Assembly (NCBI GenBank): GCA_964016885.1
Contig: OZ024747.1
Location: 30,938,001-31,002,000, forward strand
Source of the DNA: Eledone cirrhosa
Lineage: Eukaryota
Length of the DNA stretch: 64,000 nt
Reading direction: 5' to 3'
In this document: positions 12,604 to 27,741 of the stretch, in pieces
Position numbering within the stretch: position 1 is the stretch's first letter
How the letters are laid out: each line of letters starts with the position of its first letter
Made by a program: the position numbers and the translations under genes
Notes under the pieces: generated by a model
What the model was told of the DNA's origin: nothing
The model's database searches: none
Seen by the model: only the letters and a program-made list of their open reading frames with translations

Positions 12604-15057
12604 TTATATATTGGGTGTAAAGTTTTGGAAAGAGTGTCGGAAGCGGTGTTGGCAAGATGCGAACATTTCTGATTTGTTATTAAGGAGGTTATGGTTAGAG
12701 AAGATGATAGTATGGGTCTCTAGTAGACAGAGGTTACAAAATTTATTAGGTGGTTTGTACGATGTCGCATTACCTATCACTTCCCATTTAAGTGTATACG
12801 GTTTATTTTTAGTTTTTAGATAGTGTATGTAGCTAGATAGTGAAGTGGACTGTGTTTTTTGAAAGAGTGGAGGTGCGAATTGTATCTAGTTTTGAAGCAG
12901 TTAGAAGTAGAGCCTATATATGTTTCAGAAGAGTTGTTAGTTGTGACTGTGCATGAGTATATGATATCCTTGATTAAGCATTTTTTATCTAAAGGGCAGG
13001 TTCTATTTGATCTACAGTTACAATTTTTCTGGGTGTTAGTCTGCCGGTTATTATGTTGTGTAGAAGTCTGGATGTTAGCTATAGGGTTATGGTTATGTGG
13101 GTTGTCGTTCCCAGCGTTATTGTTTACACTAGTGCTATTACTATTATTTCTATTGATATTAGGGTTAGTTGCTATAATGTTATTTTGAAGGTTTATCGTC
13201 TGTTGTGATTTAGTTTGTTTGAAGTAAGAATTAATTTTTCTTTTATTGCTACTAGCTATGTGGTATGCTATGTTAGGCGTAGTAGAGTATGAGATTTTAA
13301 TAGTGTTTTTGTTTAAAAGGCTATGGTACTTGTGGCCGGATGGGAAGTTTTTATCTAGTAGTGAGAAGAAAGCCCTAGGTAGGTTGGTAGAGACGTTTAG
13401 ATTGAAAGGAGGGTTGAAAAATGTATTATTTCTTCTTCTATTTTTGTTTTTTATGTCTGGTGATTTGTTTCCTTTTATGGTACTATGTTAATTTCTGTGG
13501 TGTGGGTTACTTTTGTTGGTATCCTCCCTATTAGTGTGTGTGGTTGCTATTCCTATTACTAAATTTTCTCATGGACATGTTGTGCGAAATAATGTTGTAG
13601 CTATGTGTTTTTGTAGGTAGGAACTCGATCTCTATATTATGGCCTGATCTAGCTAATGCCTGATTATAATATTGCGAGGTTTTGTTAAATATGTTTACGT
13701 CATAGGATAGATTAGAGATTCTATTAGATACTCCCTTAGAGATAGAGTTTAATATAGATCTAGGGTGGTTAGACTTGGTATCTACGTAAATGAGTTTTTC
13801 ATTAGGTTTGTGGAAAGGTGCATATATCATTGAGTCTAGGTAGAGTGTGGCGTCTAGGAAGTTGACGTTTTTAGTGTTTTTGTCCATGGTAATACTAAGG
13901 TTATAGTTTTTGAATGTCTTGTGCAATAGTTTTCTAGTTCTTTCTATATTGAATTTTTTATAATCTATAAGTAGAAGTGCATCATCGCGGTACAAACCAC
14001 CGTTGAGGTAAGGAAGGTCCTTATGGATTTGGTTAAGTAAATATAGGCCGACTAAATCAGTGACCTGCGCCGAGTCACTAGACCCCATGGTAATGTCAAA
14101 GTTGTTTTGCGTATCTTTGCGGGTCCATAATTGGTCTTCAAAGGTGATTAGTGTTTTACGGGCCGCAAGTATGACATCAATCTGGGGTCTAGTCAGGTCA
14201 CTATTGTCCATGGCCATGATAAGTGCCTTATTTAATAGGATAGGGGAAATAGAGGTGTAGTAAGAATTGATATCAAATTGAATACATTTTTTATCCTTGT
14301 TATCCTTGATATCTTTGAACCATTCAATCACTTCACCCGTATTTCCCCATTGTTTAAGGTATATCTTGTGTTTAATCTGTGGGATGATTTTATCTAAAAT
14401 TTTCTTACTGATAATGCCAATGTCAGACTTGGAAGGGCAGATGAGTCTAATCGAGGGGCTGCTAATGAAGTCCTCCTTATGGTCCTTCAGAGAGAATCTA
14501 GGGGGGTTTGGGTATATGGTTGTGTATGTCTCTGGAGTCCTAGTTTGGATACTATATTATAGCCTTCCATATTAATATCTTCTAAGTTTTTCATAGTGGT
14601 TTTCTTGTAGCTTTTATGTAGTTCATTATATATAAACTTTCTATATGTATTATAATCTAGGCTGTATATGTTATTAGTTTTGTCCGCATGTACAATAATT
14701 TTATTACTAGTTTTGAAATCATTAATAGAGGTGCTAAGTTTGTTTAAGAAGGTGTTGTTTTTATTACGGTGTTTTTTGTATTTAATATTCTTAACTAGTT
14801 TTATTAGGTCATTTTCGAAGGGGTTTAGTAGTGTGTTATGAGGGGGGGGGGGGGCTTCTAAAGGTTTTAAAGCCGAAGGAGTCAAATTTGTTAGTATTAT
14901 TAACCTTGCTAGATTTGTTTTTATCATAATGGAATGTCCTCCATCTCATTCTATTGATAAAGGAGTTTACACTGTCGATCAATAATTTTTCATATGTATT
15001 TTTGGGTGATATTGGTATGTTCTTGGTTGACATAGGGAGTTGGTCTTTGATCAGCAT
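12604..15057 (-). pseudogene. Naiad-like Penelope ORF 2 (RT plus GIY-YIG), frameshifted
   Basis: STKNIPISP...NRMRWR; QFDINSYYTSI; MGSSDSAQ; LYRDDAL; manual translation CNCRSNRTCPLDKKC..IIYSC..TYIGSTS..FKTRYNSH..CNLC..CQH. Confidence 0.9.
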
Positions 15058-15306
15058 ACTGGTAATTTATTGTATGTCAGCTCAACAATATGGAGCAGTT
15101 AATAGTATTAAGGATACTATTTATGGTTATGTATATAATAAAACCTTTTATGGTTATATATATTTTAAACCCTAAATAGTGAAAGACAGTAATTCATTAC
15201 TATCTTATTACCAGTAAGATAAATAGCTCAATGTAATAACATCAGTTGTTTTACAGAGCAGTTATATAGAAATTACATTAATCAAAGTTCAGTTTAAATC
15301 ATTTAT

Positions 15307-15355
15307 TTGCTTACAATTGTTTCCTCCAAACTGAGGTTTGGATTCTTTGGAGCAA
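15307..15355 (-). ncRNA. Hammerhead motif in the 5' pLTR (core CCAAAGA, G5 mutated)
   Basis: ttgct-CCAAAGA-a tccaaac ctca gtttgga g-GAAA-caattg-TA-agcaa. Confidence 0.65.
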
Positions 15356-17859
15356 CTATTTAGTGATTTATAACATACTTGACCTCCTTTTCAACACAGG
15401 AGACATATAAACATATGTATATATTGACCCACAGTGGGTTGACATCCATCATAATGATATAGCATTTGATATTTTTGATATTTTCTCTACAAACGGGATT
15501 ATATATTGTACAGGTGTATGTGATATGTCAAAATGTCATATTAGCCATTCAAAAAATAGTCATTAATAAAATAAGTGATATGAATGTCATGAACCAACAT
15601 GGCCATAAGTAAATGTGAGCCTCGCGAAATGGAATGGATCTTCCAGCACATCTCCCTTACCCTCCTCCAGGGAAACGGCTTCTCCATTCTGTCCGCCAGG
15701 GCTGTGGAGAGGCCAGCATGTGGGACCCCATTCGCTCACCATACATAGAGATGGGGAGGGTGAGAGAGATGGAGGCGATGACAGTGGGAGTTTGGCTGTT
15801 CTTTCATGTTTACTTAGGTTACTATTTTCTATTGTAATTTTTTAACATCAAGTAAATGATTGAAACCAGGAAAAGAATAAAAAGATAAACATGTAGAGAG
15901 TTGCTGAACTTATTATTAAGAGAGATTTGATATTAAATTTAATTCAATATGTTGTCCCACATGGAGTAGGACACTCTTGAATAGTATAAAACAACACTAT
16001 GACTGTATCACATAAAACATTTAAGTCTTTATTTTAGTTTTACAAGAATCTGTCAGCTAATACAGATATTATAAACATTTATATTAACAGAGCCATTTTT
16101 AGATATTTTCCTCTAAATCATTACAGGATATTAAGAGTTGAAGAAAAACGACTGAAAAGTTATTATAAACACATAGCTAAATATATACCTTGTGTCTTAC
16201 CACTTTAGTCCATTGAAAGTGTAGCAAGAAAATTATCAGACTTGGCCTGTGACAACCTGTCAAACCCCTGCTTGTAGGGAAAGGTACATGATCGAACAAT
16301 TCCAGTATCTATTGTTCAGAATATACTAGAATAGTCTTTTGCTAACATTTCCTCCACATTAATGGCATAATGTAAACTCACAAAACATAATTATTCAGTG
16401 TCTCCCATTGCTCATACTGTTAAGGTGCACCTTACTGTGGTACTTATTTACAATTATATAAACTGAAGCATAAAGAGTCATGTCTTCAGTTCATTGAGAT
16501 TGCACAGCATCTGTAATAAAGTATGAATTATGAGGTTTTGAAGTTAGGAATAGCATATTCTAATATATTAACCATCTTTAGGCTCTAAAGTATAATATGA
16601 AAAATAATGCATAACATTTATCATATTTAGACTGTTTTCTGAGAAAATGAAGGTCATAATACCATTTTACTTAATACACAGATGAGAACTGGAAAATAAA
16701 TCTGAACATAGAGATCACCATGTTGCATTTCTTGAACAGAACATAAATATTTCTAATGCAATCATTTTTTAGAATAAAAGTTTTCATAAACTCAATAGAT
16801 TTTAAGTTTACATCACAATGTCTGACTGGAAGGAAACTTCATAAGAATATTTTCACTCCAGTAAATCTACAAAACTTTAATGTCTGGTTATAGCCATGTG
16901 TTATCTGAAGTTTTTCCCCACCTTGGAGACATTCTAATAAAAATACATTGCATCTTAAAACAAACCATGGAGCCTCTATATGGTCAATCAACCAGCTAGA
17001 AGTAACATCTAATTCTCTTTTATATCACCACCTCCTATCATACATATTGACAAGACACATTCATCATCATCATCATGATCGTTTAAATGTTTGCTTTCCT
17101 TGCTAGCAAAGTTTGGATGGGTCAACTGATCTGAACAGGCCAGGGATCTGCATCTCGCTTATGTACGATCTCACATTCAACCTAATGCACAATTGAGGGT
17201 CCTCCCAAACCTTTGTTTGGCAAGCTTTCCGATCACCAACCACTTTACTGTATGTACTGGGTGAATTTATTGTGTAGATCACCAAACACTAGGGATACTG
17301 TCATGCTCTTGACACGTCTGAAGGGTCCTCCTGACCCTTTGTTTGGCAAGCTATCTATGATTCGATGTTCTTCCCATCACCATCCACCCACGTTATTTTT
17401 TTTTTTTTTGGGGGGGGGGGGGTTATGTAATTGTACATAATCTATAAAAGATGAGATGGTTTTGGGTGGATTGCATTTGATCAAAGCTCCATTCAATTAG
17501 CATTGATCTAGCATGAAATAACCACAACAAATCCTTTTGTGGTGACCTTCCAGCTTTTTAAATCTTGTGGAAATTTTTATTTGTTATATCCTTGACATAA
17601 CAACCTCCCTAATGTTGGTGACCTACACAATAAACACACCCAGTATACACTGTAAAATACCTAGTGCTGGTGATCTACACAATAAACACACCCAGTATAT
17701 ACTGTAGGGTGGTTGGTGTTAGGAAGGGCATCTAGCTGTGGAAAGTTTGTCAAACATGGGGTTAGGAAGACCTTTCAGTTTGTCTCAAAAGACACAACTT
17801 CTTTACACTCGATATGACTGTATGTAAGTAAGATACAGACCCCCTGACCACCATCTAGT

Positions 17860-18750
17860 TATCTGTAGCTTGAAACTACCTAAAGCCAAGAAAGCCCACA
17901 TAACTGGCAGATTCAGCTCAACCTACAAGTAAAGGGGAAAGCACTGGCTGATAAAGAGGTTGGGCAATTATGTAGATATTATTGCATCTAAATTCAGAGA
18001 ATTCTCTGAACAAACAGATGTTGAAATAGATTGAAGACTGTTCAACAGTTTTTTCATCAAATATTAAATGCAAAAACAGCTTGGCATGATGCCAAGTAAC
18101 ATGAAGACCCCTGGTTCAATTATGAGGTTAAAGATACCATCTGAGCTAAAAAGGAGGACTGCTAATACGTCTTCTGTCTTGCATCTACAGTACAAGCTGG
18201 TGTAAAAAGTCACCGCAGAGACAGTAAAGGTGTCCAAGGTTAAGATATGGGAAGATTTTGGGGTTAAGCTGGAATCCAGGTTGAGATTAGTAAATAAAGT
18301 ATTTTGGCAGATCATCTGCTAACTTTTCAATAAGATGTCTCCTTCCATGACTGCTATCAGGAACTCCTCTGGGGTTCTTCTCTCTGAAGAGAGGTGTATC
18401 CTCATGAGGAGGAGAGAATACTAAATCTGGTTACAACATCTGAAATCACCAGAGCTATTAAAGTGCTCAAATGTGACAAGGCCTCTGGAGAGAAGGAACA
18501 TTTAAAAAGAGAAGATATAATCTAGCTGACTCATGTTTGCTTGGTGGCCTAGATTTCTAGAAAGGCACCAAAACAGTGGCAATCATGAATAATAATCCTA
18601 ATTTTAAAAAAGGGTTACAAGAGGGATTGCTATAATTATAGAGAAATCTCATTAAGTTAATTTGCCATGATAAAGTCTATGATAAGTGTCTGGCAAAGAG
18701 ATATTGGGATATTATTGAGACCAAGCTAGCTGATAAACATTGTTTTTACC
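17860..18750 (+). pseudogene. Heavily decayed LINE (RTE-like) ORF fragment
   Basis: Remnants resembling EI.RAIK.LK..KA.G and W....I.PI.KKG....C.NYR.ISL, with many stops. Confidence 0.55.
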
Positions 18751-18922
18751 AGAGGAAGAGTAGAAGAATTCTATTGTTATTATCATATAAGTTGGGATAC
18801 ACTACATTCCAAATTTGTATGTATGTATTTATGCATGTGTTTATATATATATAGAGAGAGAGGTAGAATACTGGAAGGTAATATCCGTAGTGGTAGAGCA
18901 CTCAGTCCATGGGACAGGTTGG

Positions 18923-19075
18923 GTAGAAGTGGTTTCACAACAGTTAGTTCACCATACTGAGAACAATTGTTTCACCTTAGCAGATCCTCAGCTCGTAATG
19001 GACCATTACGAGCTGAGGATCTGCTATGGTGAAACAATTGTTCTCGGTATGGTGAACTAACTGTTGTGTTACCAC

Positions 19076-19080
<5 letters not shown>
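18923..19080. repeat. Fold-back palindrome with a hammerhead-like motif in each arm (18958-18995 minus, 19009-19046 plus)
   Basis: Centre gtaatggaccattac (~19002); plus arm cgag-CTGAGGA-tctgctatggt-GAAA-caattg-TT-ctcg; stem II weak. Confidence 0.75.
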
Positions 19081-19122
<42 letters not shown>

Positions 19123-19179
19123 TGTATATAGGTAGGTGTGTACATATATGTGCATATATATATATATAGAATACAAAAA

Positions 19180-19860
19180 TGCAAAGTAGTTTTAGATTTT
19201 AAAGTCCTTTATTGATAAGGCTGTGATACATATTTTGATTACAACAGTGGCCATGCGATTCCGCATACCCAGCTTCTTACAGGTTATGTTCCTGCGGCAA
19301 TCCAAATTGAAAGGACAAGGAAACGAACAAAGGTGATGCTCTTGAAGGCTTCGCCTGCTACCTCGTGAGTGCCAATACACCTCCACATCTTTGCACAGGT
19401 GTGAAGTGGACCATCTAACTACAACTCGAAAACAGAACAAAACTAGCCTAGGCGAGTTCCCTTCACCCCACAACTAATAAATCACCCCCATCCAGGCAGG
19501 TAAGGTGACATGGTCATAGGGTTCGTGCCAGCCACTAAATTGTAGTTTACTGCTAGTCACACTTCTAGTGGAAGCCGACCGAATCTTTTCAGTAGGTTTC
19601 AATACTACCCCTAAATTATACTTGGACAATAGAATTGACCATCATCCACAAAGAGAATATAAACTTAATTCTTGGGTCCAGATATTGTGGTTTCACAATG
19701 GAAATTAAAATTGGTAATAAGATTGAAAATTAGAAATTAAAAATTAAAATCCTGATTGAAATAAAAAAATATAATAAATAGGAAGATGTGTAAATTGATA
19801 TTGGATATTACAGATATGTTATCCAGAAATTGAATGATAGTACCATACCGAAGAATGGAA
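19180..19860 (-). mobile_element. Diverged copy of the non-coding element found at 34159-36516
   Basis: Shares aggttatgtt..ggcaatccaaattgaa, aatactacccctaaatta and agaattgaccatc with 34300-34650. Confidence 0.7.
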
Positions 19861-19887
19861 TATATATATATATGTATGTATATATAT

Positions 19888-20377
19888 ATAATAAAGAAAG
19901 AAAAAACATTAGATATAAATAAAAATATATAATATACCTAAATTCCTTCATTATCCTCGACTACGTAGTTTCGTGGCTATTATGCTACGACATTACATCA
20001 TAGAGATGCAGTATTTTTGTGGGGTTTTCCGACTTATCAAGAGGATACCTCACTTAGGGTTTCAAAACACGTCTGTAGGACGCGAGATAGAATCCCGAAA
20101 GGTGGAGGGGAACTTATCATGTGATACAGCGGTCAAGAAACAGAGCTAAGCCTCTTACAATCGCCTTTTGGGATTCTATTTCGCGTCCTACGGACGTGTT
20201 TTGAAACTCTAAGTGAGGTATCCTCTTGATAAGTCGGCAAACCTCACAAAAATACTGCATCTCTATGATGTAATGTCTTTGCATAATAGCCACAAAACTA
20301 CGTAGTCGAGGATAATGAAGGAATTTAGGTATATTATATCTTTTTATTTATATCTAATGTTTTTTTCTTTCTTTATA
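19888..20377. repeat. Inverted repeat with ~215-bp arms, each carrying a U3:A8 hammerhead (19952-20047 minus, intact; 20219-20314 plus, GAAA>AAAA)
   Basis: tatcctc-TTGATAA-gtcgg...gccac-GAAA-ctacgtag-TC-gaggata; same family as the 38.3-39.9 kb unit. Confidence 0.85.
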
Positions 20378-20676
20378 ATGTATCAATCTAATCCATCCAA
20401 ATTATTTTGTCCCTATTATTCATAGAGCAACAATGGTTAAGGTTGGCACTACACAAATTTAGGGATATATGTGGGTATATGCATGTATATGTATGTATTC
20501 ACATGTGTCTGTGTATTTCTTTGTATTGTATATATATATATATACATATATATATATTCATTAGTTAAGCAAAACGAGACCACAATTTCACAAGGAAGAC
20601 ATTATTTAAAGATTGTCAACATAGTTGTAGTTTAATGTAAGGAATGTAAGGAATAATAATAATAATAATAATGTCC

Positions 20677-20795
20677 ATTTACAATTGTTTCGCTACTCCA
20701 TATAATGTTTCTGGATCAAATGATTATAGATCATTATTGATCTGGTTCAGATGAAGATAATTAACTTAGGTAAAAATGGAGCAGTTCATCAGAAC
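20677..20795 (-). ncRNA. Hammerhead with ~94-nt stem II region
   Basis: gtt-CTGATGA-a ctgctccat...atggagtag c-GAAA-caattg-TA-aat; homologous to 31707-31826. Confidence 0.65.
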
Positions 20796-22178
20796 TTCAA
20801 AAGAGATAATGAACTTATTGATAAAGGTACGATGGAATAAGGAATATAAATTAAGGTAAAGAAAGATGGTTACATGAATGTAATGTTCCATATATTGGTA
20901 TTTCACTATGGTGTCCTGGGTTATCTATTGTCTGCAATAGGCGAGCAATATTCTTCTGTCGAGGCTGCATTATGCGAGATCTGCCTATGCATAACAAGAT
21001 GGACGCACAACATATTTACCATACTAATTAGAGGCAGGTTTCAGGGGAAGTAACTCCTCAAGAAATTAGAAATTGTAGGTGGTTTATAGCTAAGAAGTGC
21101 TAATGAGTTTAAGTGAGAGACAATGTAAGAGATGTCAACACGAATGGACCTGTTATTTTTGTCTAAAGACATTTTTTCCAATTCCAACCCACCCATCCCT
21201 TCAATCTATCTTATTTCTCATTCTCTCTTCTGATGAAGGACTAGCATCCAAAACGCTAAGTCACTCTTCCTGCTATTTCAAGCGTTAACCTAATATATTC
21301 CTTCTATATACTGATTGTGTTGTTATTTCTGTTTACCTTTTACATATATACATATATTGTTTCAGTTTGTCTCCTCAAAAAGTAAAACAATCTGGAATGT
21401 ATTTAACATTGTCTGAATAATTCTAAAGCAATAGAAAAATCAATAAACCTGATCTCAGTTTAGATATTGGCATAGATAGAGTGATGTATATTGTTGAAGG
21501 AAACAATGGAAGCTGTCTTCGGGTCAAATTAAACAAATGGAATATTACTGTATATGTGTGTATGTGTGTATGTGAGTGTGTGCATGTATGCATGTCTGTG
21601 TGTAGATAAGTGTATGTATGTGTATTTGTGTACATATCTGTTTATAGGTAGGTGTGAGTTTGCACATGTGACTGTGTGTAGATATGTATGTGTATGTGTC
21701 TGTGTGTAGGTAAGTATGTATATGTGCATGTATGTAGGTAAGTATGTGTATGTGTCTGTGTGTAGGTAAGTATGTGTATGTGTCTGTGTGTTGTGTGTCA
21801 TGTATGTGAGTGCATACACTGATGAAACGAAAGGCATAAACCCATTTTATTGAAGTATGTGCATGTGTGTGTGTAGATAGGTATGTGTAGGTAAGTATTT
21901 GTGTGTATATGTTTTGGTGTAGGTAAGCATGTGTAAGTATGTGTGTATGAGAGTGTGTATCAGTGAGTGAGTACATAGATCAAAACAAAGCCATAAACAC
22001 ATTATATTGAATTATGTCTGTGAATGTGTGTATAAATAAGTATGTGTAGGTATGTGTATAGCCACATTATATTGAAGGCAAATTTCATAATTAACATCAT
22101 CATTTAATAACATTTATCAAAACTATAACTAAATATACACAACAACAACATTAATGATGATAATAATAAAATAATTTT

Positions 22179-22358
22179 TTCTACTTTAGGCACAAGGCCA
22201 GCAATTACCCAGTACATTACTGGTACTTTATTTTATCGACCCCGTAAGGATGAAAGACAAAGTTAACCTCGGCGGGATTTGAACTCAGACTGTAAAGGGA
22301 CGTAACTATGCTAGAAAGCATGGCGTCCAACCCTCTACCGATACTGCTAATTCCCCCC
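22179..22358 (-). mobile_element. Meta-domain SINE; partial copies at 22378-22450 and 22755-22855
   Basis: Same sequence as 9615-9803, embedded in (AAT)n. Confidence 0.85.
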
Positions 22359-22454
22359 CGATAATAATAAAATAATGATTTCTACTTTAGGCACAAGGCC
22401 AGCAATTTGAATGGGAGGGGAAAGTCGATTAAATTGACCCTAGTGCACCAATAA

Positions 22455-22685
22455 TGAGAAAATTAACCAGTACCAGGATCTAAAGTGGGAACTGAAAAGG
22501 ATTTGGGACTGTCGTGAGATCAAGGTGATCCCCGTCATCATAGGAACACTAGGTACTATCTCTAAGATCTTCGACGGCTGATTAAAGAACATTAGACTAA
22601 CCCCCATTTTGGAACACTCTAGAAAGCATGGCTACTGAGAAGAACAAGGACCCTTCAAATACATCTTAAATATCTAAGGTTGTAT
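22455..22685 (+). pseudogene. 3' fragment of an R4/Dong/NeSL-type restriction-like endonuclease non-LTR element
   Basis: Manual translation YQDLKWELKRIWDCREIKVIPVIIGTLGTISK, typical of the REL C-terminus. Confidence 0.65.
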
Positions 22686-23377
22686 GTAGTGGCTTGATGT
22701 TCATTATGGCAAATTTTCTGGTTAAATAACACCAATTCTTGGCACTAATAATAATTGTTTCTACATTAGGCACAAGGCCAGCAATTACCCAGTGTATTAC
22801 TGGTACTTTATTTTATCGACCCCGTAAGGATGAAAGGCAAAGTCAACCTCGGCGAATGATAATAATAATAATGACGATAATGATAATAATAATGATAATA
22901 ATAACAACACTAACAATAATAATTGATAGGAGAGTTTGACATGAATTTATGCATGAAAATGAATAAATTATATGGCCTTCTTCTGTTGCAGTTGCAGTTT
23001 TCCCTATTGTTATTCATAGTGAAAGTGTTCTTAATACTATTCATGATGAGAACTTTTCTAATTTGTTTTCCTGCTAGATATGTGAGTTTATCATGAATGT
23101 TAATAATACATGTGATGATGCTATATTTTGATAACAATTCTTATGTTATGTTGTTATGTTACCACATGTTCTATCTCTCTATCCATCTGTCTATGTTGTG
23201 AGTGCTACACTTATTTCACTTTGTTGTTGCAAATCTTTTAGATATTAAGTTTGCTTTATTGTTCTAATAATAACAATACTAATTATAATGATGATGATAA
23301 TAATAAAAATAATAACATCAAAGATAATATGATAGATTTTTGTATGGTTTTGTGAATATATATATACATTCATACAT

Positions 23378-23440
<63 letters not shown>

Positions 23441-23573
23441 CCAGAATTAGCCGTCGAAACGGCTTGAGCTCAGCCGTCGGGGTCCTACTCGTTCCTATTA
23501 CCCACTCTACTACCCTAAGTATTGAGTACTTTGGTGTGTTATGGTCCACCTGGTTCCTTACCACATTTCTTCC

Positions 23574-23624
<51 letters not shown>

Positions 23625-24391
23625 TCATCATCATCATTTTGCGTCCGCTTTTCCCGTTCAAATACATCTATGATAACCCTCAAAACTGGCTAGGCATCAT
23701 GCTTAACACTCCTGTGACCATATGAGCATTCCTAATGAAATGTGCATTGGTTATATGTTTCAATTAATTTTGGAAATAATTAAAAAATTTTGGTAGGATT
23801 TAATAAAATAACTTGCTTCATTATTAAGTTAATAAAAAGGTTCTTATGTTATGGCATGGTCGGGTCGTCGGTGACCAGCCTGGCAACCCCAACAACCTTG
23901 CTTGGTGAGGAAAGTCATTTCGGACACCTTGCAGGATGTAAACCAAAACTCGTCAAAGGGTGAAGGTACTCAGGAGAGTCAACAGCCACCCAATAAAGTT
24001 TTTTTCTTTTTTTTGAGGAGCAAGAGATGCTTAGTCTTCATTAAAGCATCTCTCTAGAAGATCACTTTGATATAAAACCTGTGACCTCATTTGCATCCAA
24101 TGATATAGAACAATTCTACTTTTTGGGTAAATGCATTTGATGTTCAGAGTGTGGGATTGGCCCTGTGCAAAGCCTTTTCTCACTTAGAAAAGCTTCAAGC
24201 ACAGGCTTCACTTGATATGTGACATTTTCTGTGATGCAGGAGTAAAAGCCATGTCTGTGATGCTCAAGCTTAAGCATCAAATGATGGCGTTACTTGAAAT
24301 CGAGTTGCAGCTATCATATAATGTATATACATACATACATACATACATACATACATACATACATACATACATACATACATACATACATACA

Positions 24392-24825
<434 letters not shown>

Positions 24826-24978
24826 ATAATATATAACGAAGGAAATGTGGTAAGGAACCAGATGGACCATAACGCACCAAAGTACTCATAGGTAATAGGA
24901 ACAAGTAGGACCCCGATGGCTGAGCTCAAGCCGTTTCGATGGCTAATTCTGTCCAGAATTAGCCATCAAAATAATATG

Positions 24979-25588
<610 letters not shown>

Positions 25589-25761
25589 AGCAAATCATAA
25601 TACGGTTAACACATCAGTGCTCCAAGGAGTTACTGTCATACAATTGACAGGCCAAATACTGCACGAAGCTCCTGTGTCTACGAGGAAGGCTCTTCCAGAC
25701 AGGAGGTCCTCTATGAAGAAATGGCGGTTCTGTTGTGTCTCGCAGAGTTCACTTGCCGCCT

Positions 25762-26067
25762 TTAGTGACTCTGATCTACATTTCCCGAAGCTGAATATTT
25801 ACATGGAGGCCGGCAATGTTTTGCCTTATCCGCGAAGGTGGCATGATACCAGCAAAATAATGGATTGCTGGTGGGCGAAGTAGTACGCCGACGTGGAGTT
25901 GCGAAAGAACGCGAACGACTCCTAGGTCGCCGGGAATACGGCCTGCATAATCGAGCGACTTGCTGTGTCAAAGCGTCAATAGCCTTTAACATGGCATCCT
26001 TGCGTGTCGAGACGGGCTGGTTCGAATGTGAAGAAGAAGCAGGTAAATTAGGACCATTCATTGTCAA
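25762..26067 (-). pseudogene. Gag C-terminal fragment (RS-rich region plus CHCC motif)
   Basis: RPRSRSRS...CWYHATFADKAKHCRPPC. Confidence 0.8.
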
Positions 26068-27741
26068 TCTATTTCCTCAAGGACGAATAAAAGTAATTAA
26101 TGTTCAGAACTACGGGAAAACAGCACAATTGGTGGTATCTGTGATGCGAGATAGTCATTATGAAACAAGATGGCATCGCATTTCTTTTCCAAAACAAGGA
26201 TATGGTCGCGTGATGAGGCTAAGCCAATCAGATGGCTGCATTTGAAGAAGAAAGACAATGTGCAGGAATGTTAGCTGGCCAGTCAGCCATTTTGAGAAAA
26301 AAAAGTTTTTTTCTTTTTTTGTGTAAGACGAACAATTTTCAATTTAAAACGAATGGTGAAATTAAGCAGGCTGCGTTTTCATATTTAATCACGTCCGGGT
26401 CACCACTTTAGGCGGGCGATGGTCATCAGTCATCCTGTCTAATTGGTTATTGTTTACTGGCACATAGTCAAACAGGAAAACAGAGAACATACCTCAAGAT
26501 TATGTTACGCGAACATTGTATTTAAAGCAAATCATAATACGGTTAACACATCAGTGCTCCAAGTAGTGGTTCATTATCATATTATGCCACAACCGCTTGG
26601 TGTGATGTCGCTGCATGGAAAACTGCACGGGGATTAGCACGTCTGTTTTCCCCGAGGAGATCATCGTTTAATAAATATTGTTTCAGCTACTGACGTCAGA
26701 ACGTGATGTCAGAACTAAGGGCAGTTAATCGACTGCCTTCACAGTCGACGCTGGATGGCGTGATCTTCTACAAACATATACATCTGTGATTTTAATTATC
26801 TAATTTTTTTTTTTTCAGATATATGAATAAATGAGCTGATATGAAAATGGTTGAACAATTTGGAAGGATCTATTCAAATTATTAATTATTTCATTAAGAT
26901 ATTAATTTAACATATGGTTCTTATATAAAATTATGTTAGAAAATGCTAATTTAAACAGGAATCCTTTAAAATGGATGGTTTTGTTTCATAAAACCATAGG
27001 CAGTTTTAGGCAGGTTGGTATCAAAAGGATTAATGCCAGCACTTTACAACAGACTTACTATTGTTGTGATGTCAATATGGGAGAGAATACAAAAAGCAGC
27101 AAGTAATATGACAAGGCAACTCATCTGACACTAATAATTTCACCAACCTACTATGCTGGTCTCTAGTACTTTAATCTTTCTTTCTTATTCTGTCCACAAG
27201 AGTATCAGCTACAAAGCTTGGCTAGATGTGGTTCCACCACAGCTTAACACATTTCTGTCCTTTCTCATTAAACTCTGCTATGCAGGAGTGTTCCAGCAGG
27301 GGGAATATCTGGAGGTGCTGTGTAGTCTAGTTCGATACCACTGTCACACACTTTAAATATCCCCATTTTGCCAGATTGACTTTTGCATGACCAACTCCAG
27401 ACTTAAATCTGTTGAGGCATTTCCACACCACATAGTTTGTATCTGCTCCTGTGGGTAGTGCCTCACTCACCTTTAGCTCCATTGTTGTTACAGATGGGAG
27501 GTTGTTAAGTTTTTCTTCCCAGCGAGTACTTTAATGATGACAAATGTATAAAAATTGACATTGATGGGACATTAACTCAGCATGCAGAGAGCAGGATCTA
27601 ATACCACTAGGTATTTTATTCAACATCAACAACTTTTTATGGGCAAAACTAACAGTAGGAGACCCAGTTGCTTCTGACAGGACCTGCTGGAAGAAATGTT
27701 TGAGGACTCTGCCCACATGACCCTCACAGGAATAAGTGCGT

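Larger units (their letters stand above)
11028..15522 (-). mobile_element. Naiad-like Penelope element 2 with direct pseudo-LTR repeats (11028-11226 / 15267-15465) and a short 5' inversion
   Basis: ~200-bp direct repeats each holding a hammerhead motif; 15466-15522 is an inverted copy of ~11485-11550; ORF lies between the repeats. Confidence 0.85.

Noticed and set aside
8570-13100. Selenoprotein (in-frame UGA) Naiad
   Set aside because: Some Naiads encode Sec at conserved Cys positions, but the linker and C-terminal Cys codons checked in both elements are TGC/TGT, and no convincing SECIS was seen
21226-21266. Hammerhead-like CTGATGA-aggactagcatcc-AAAA-cgctaag-TC
   Set aside because: GAAA is mutated and stem I does not pair; at best a dead relic
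21816-21845. CTGATGA-aac-GAAA motif
   Set aside because: No stem I or stem II; chance match in simple-repeat DNA
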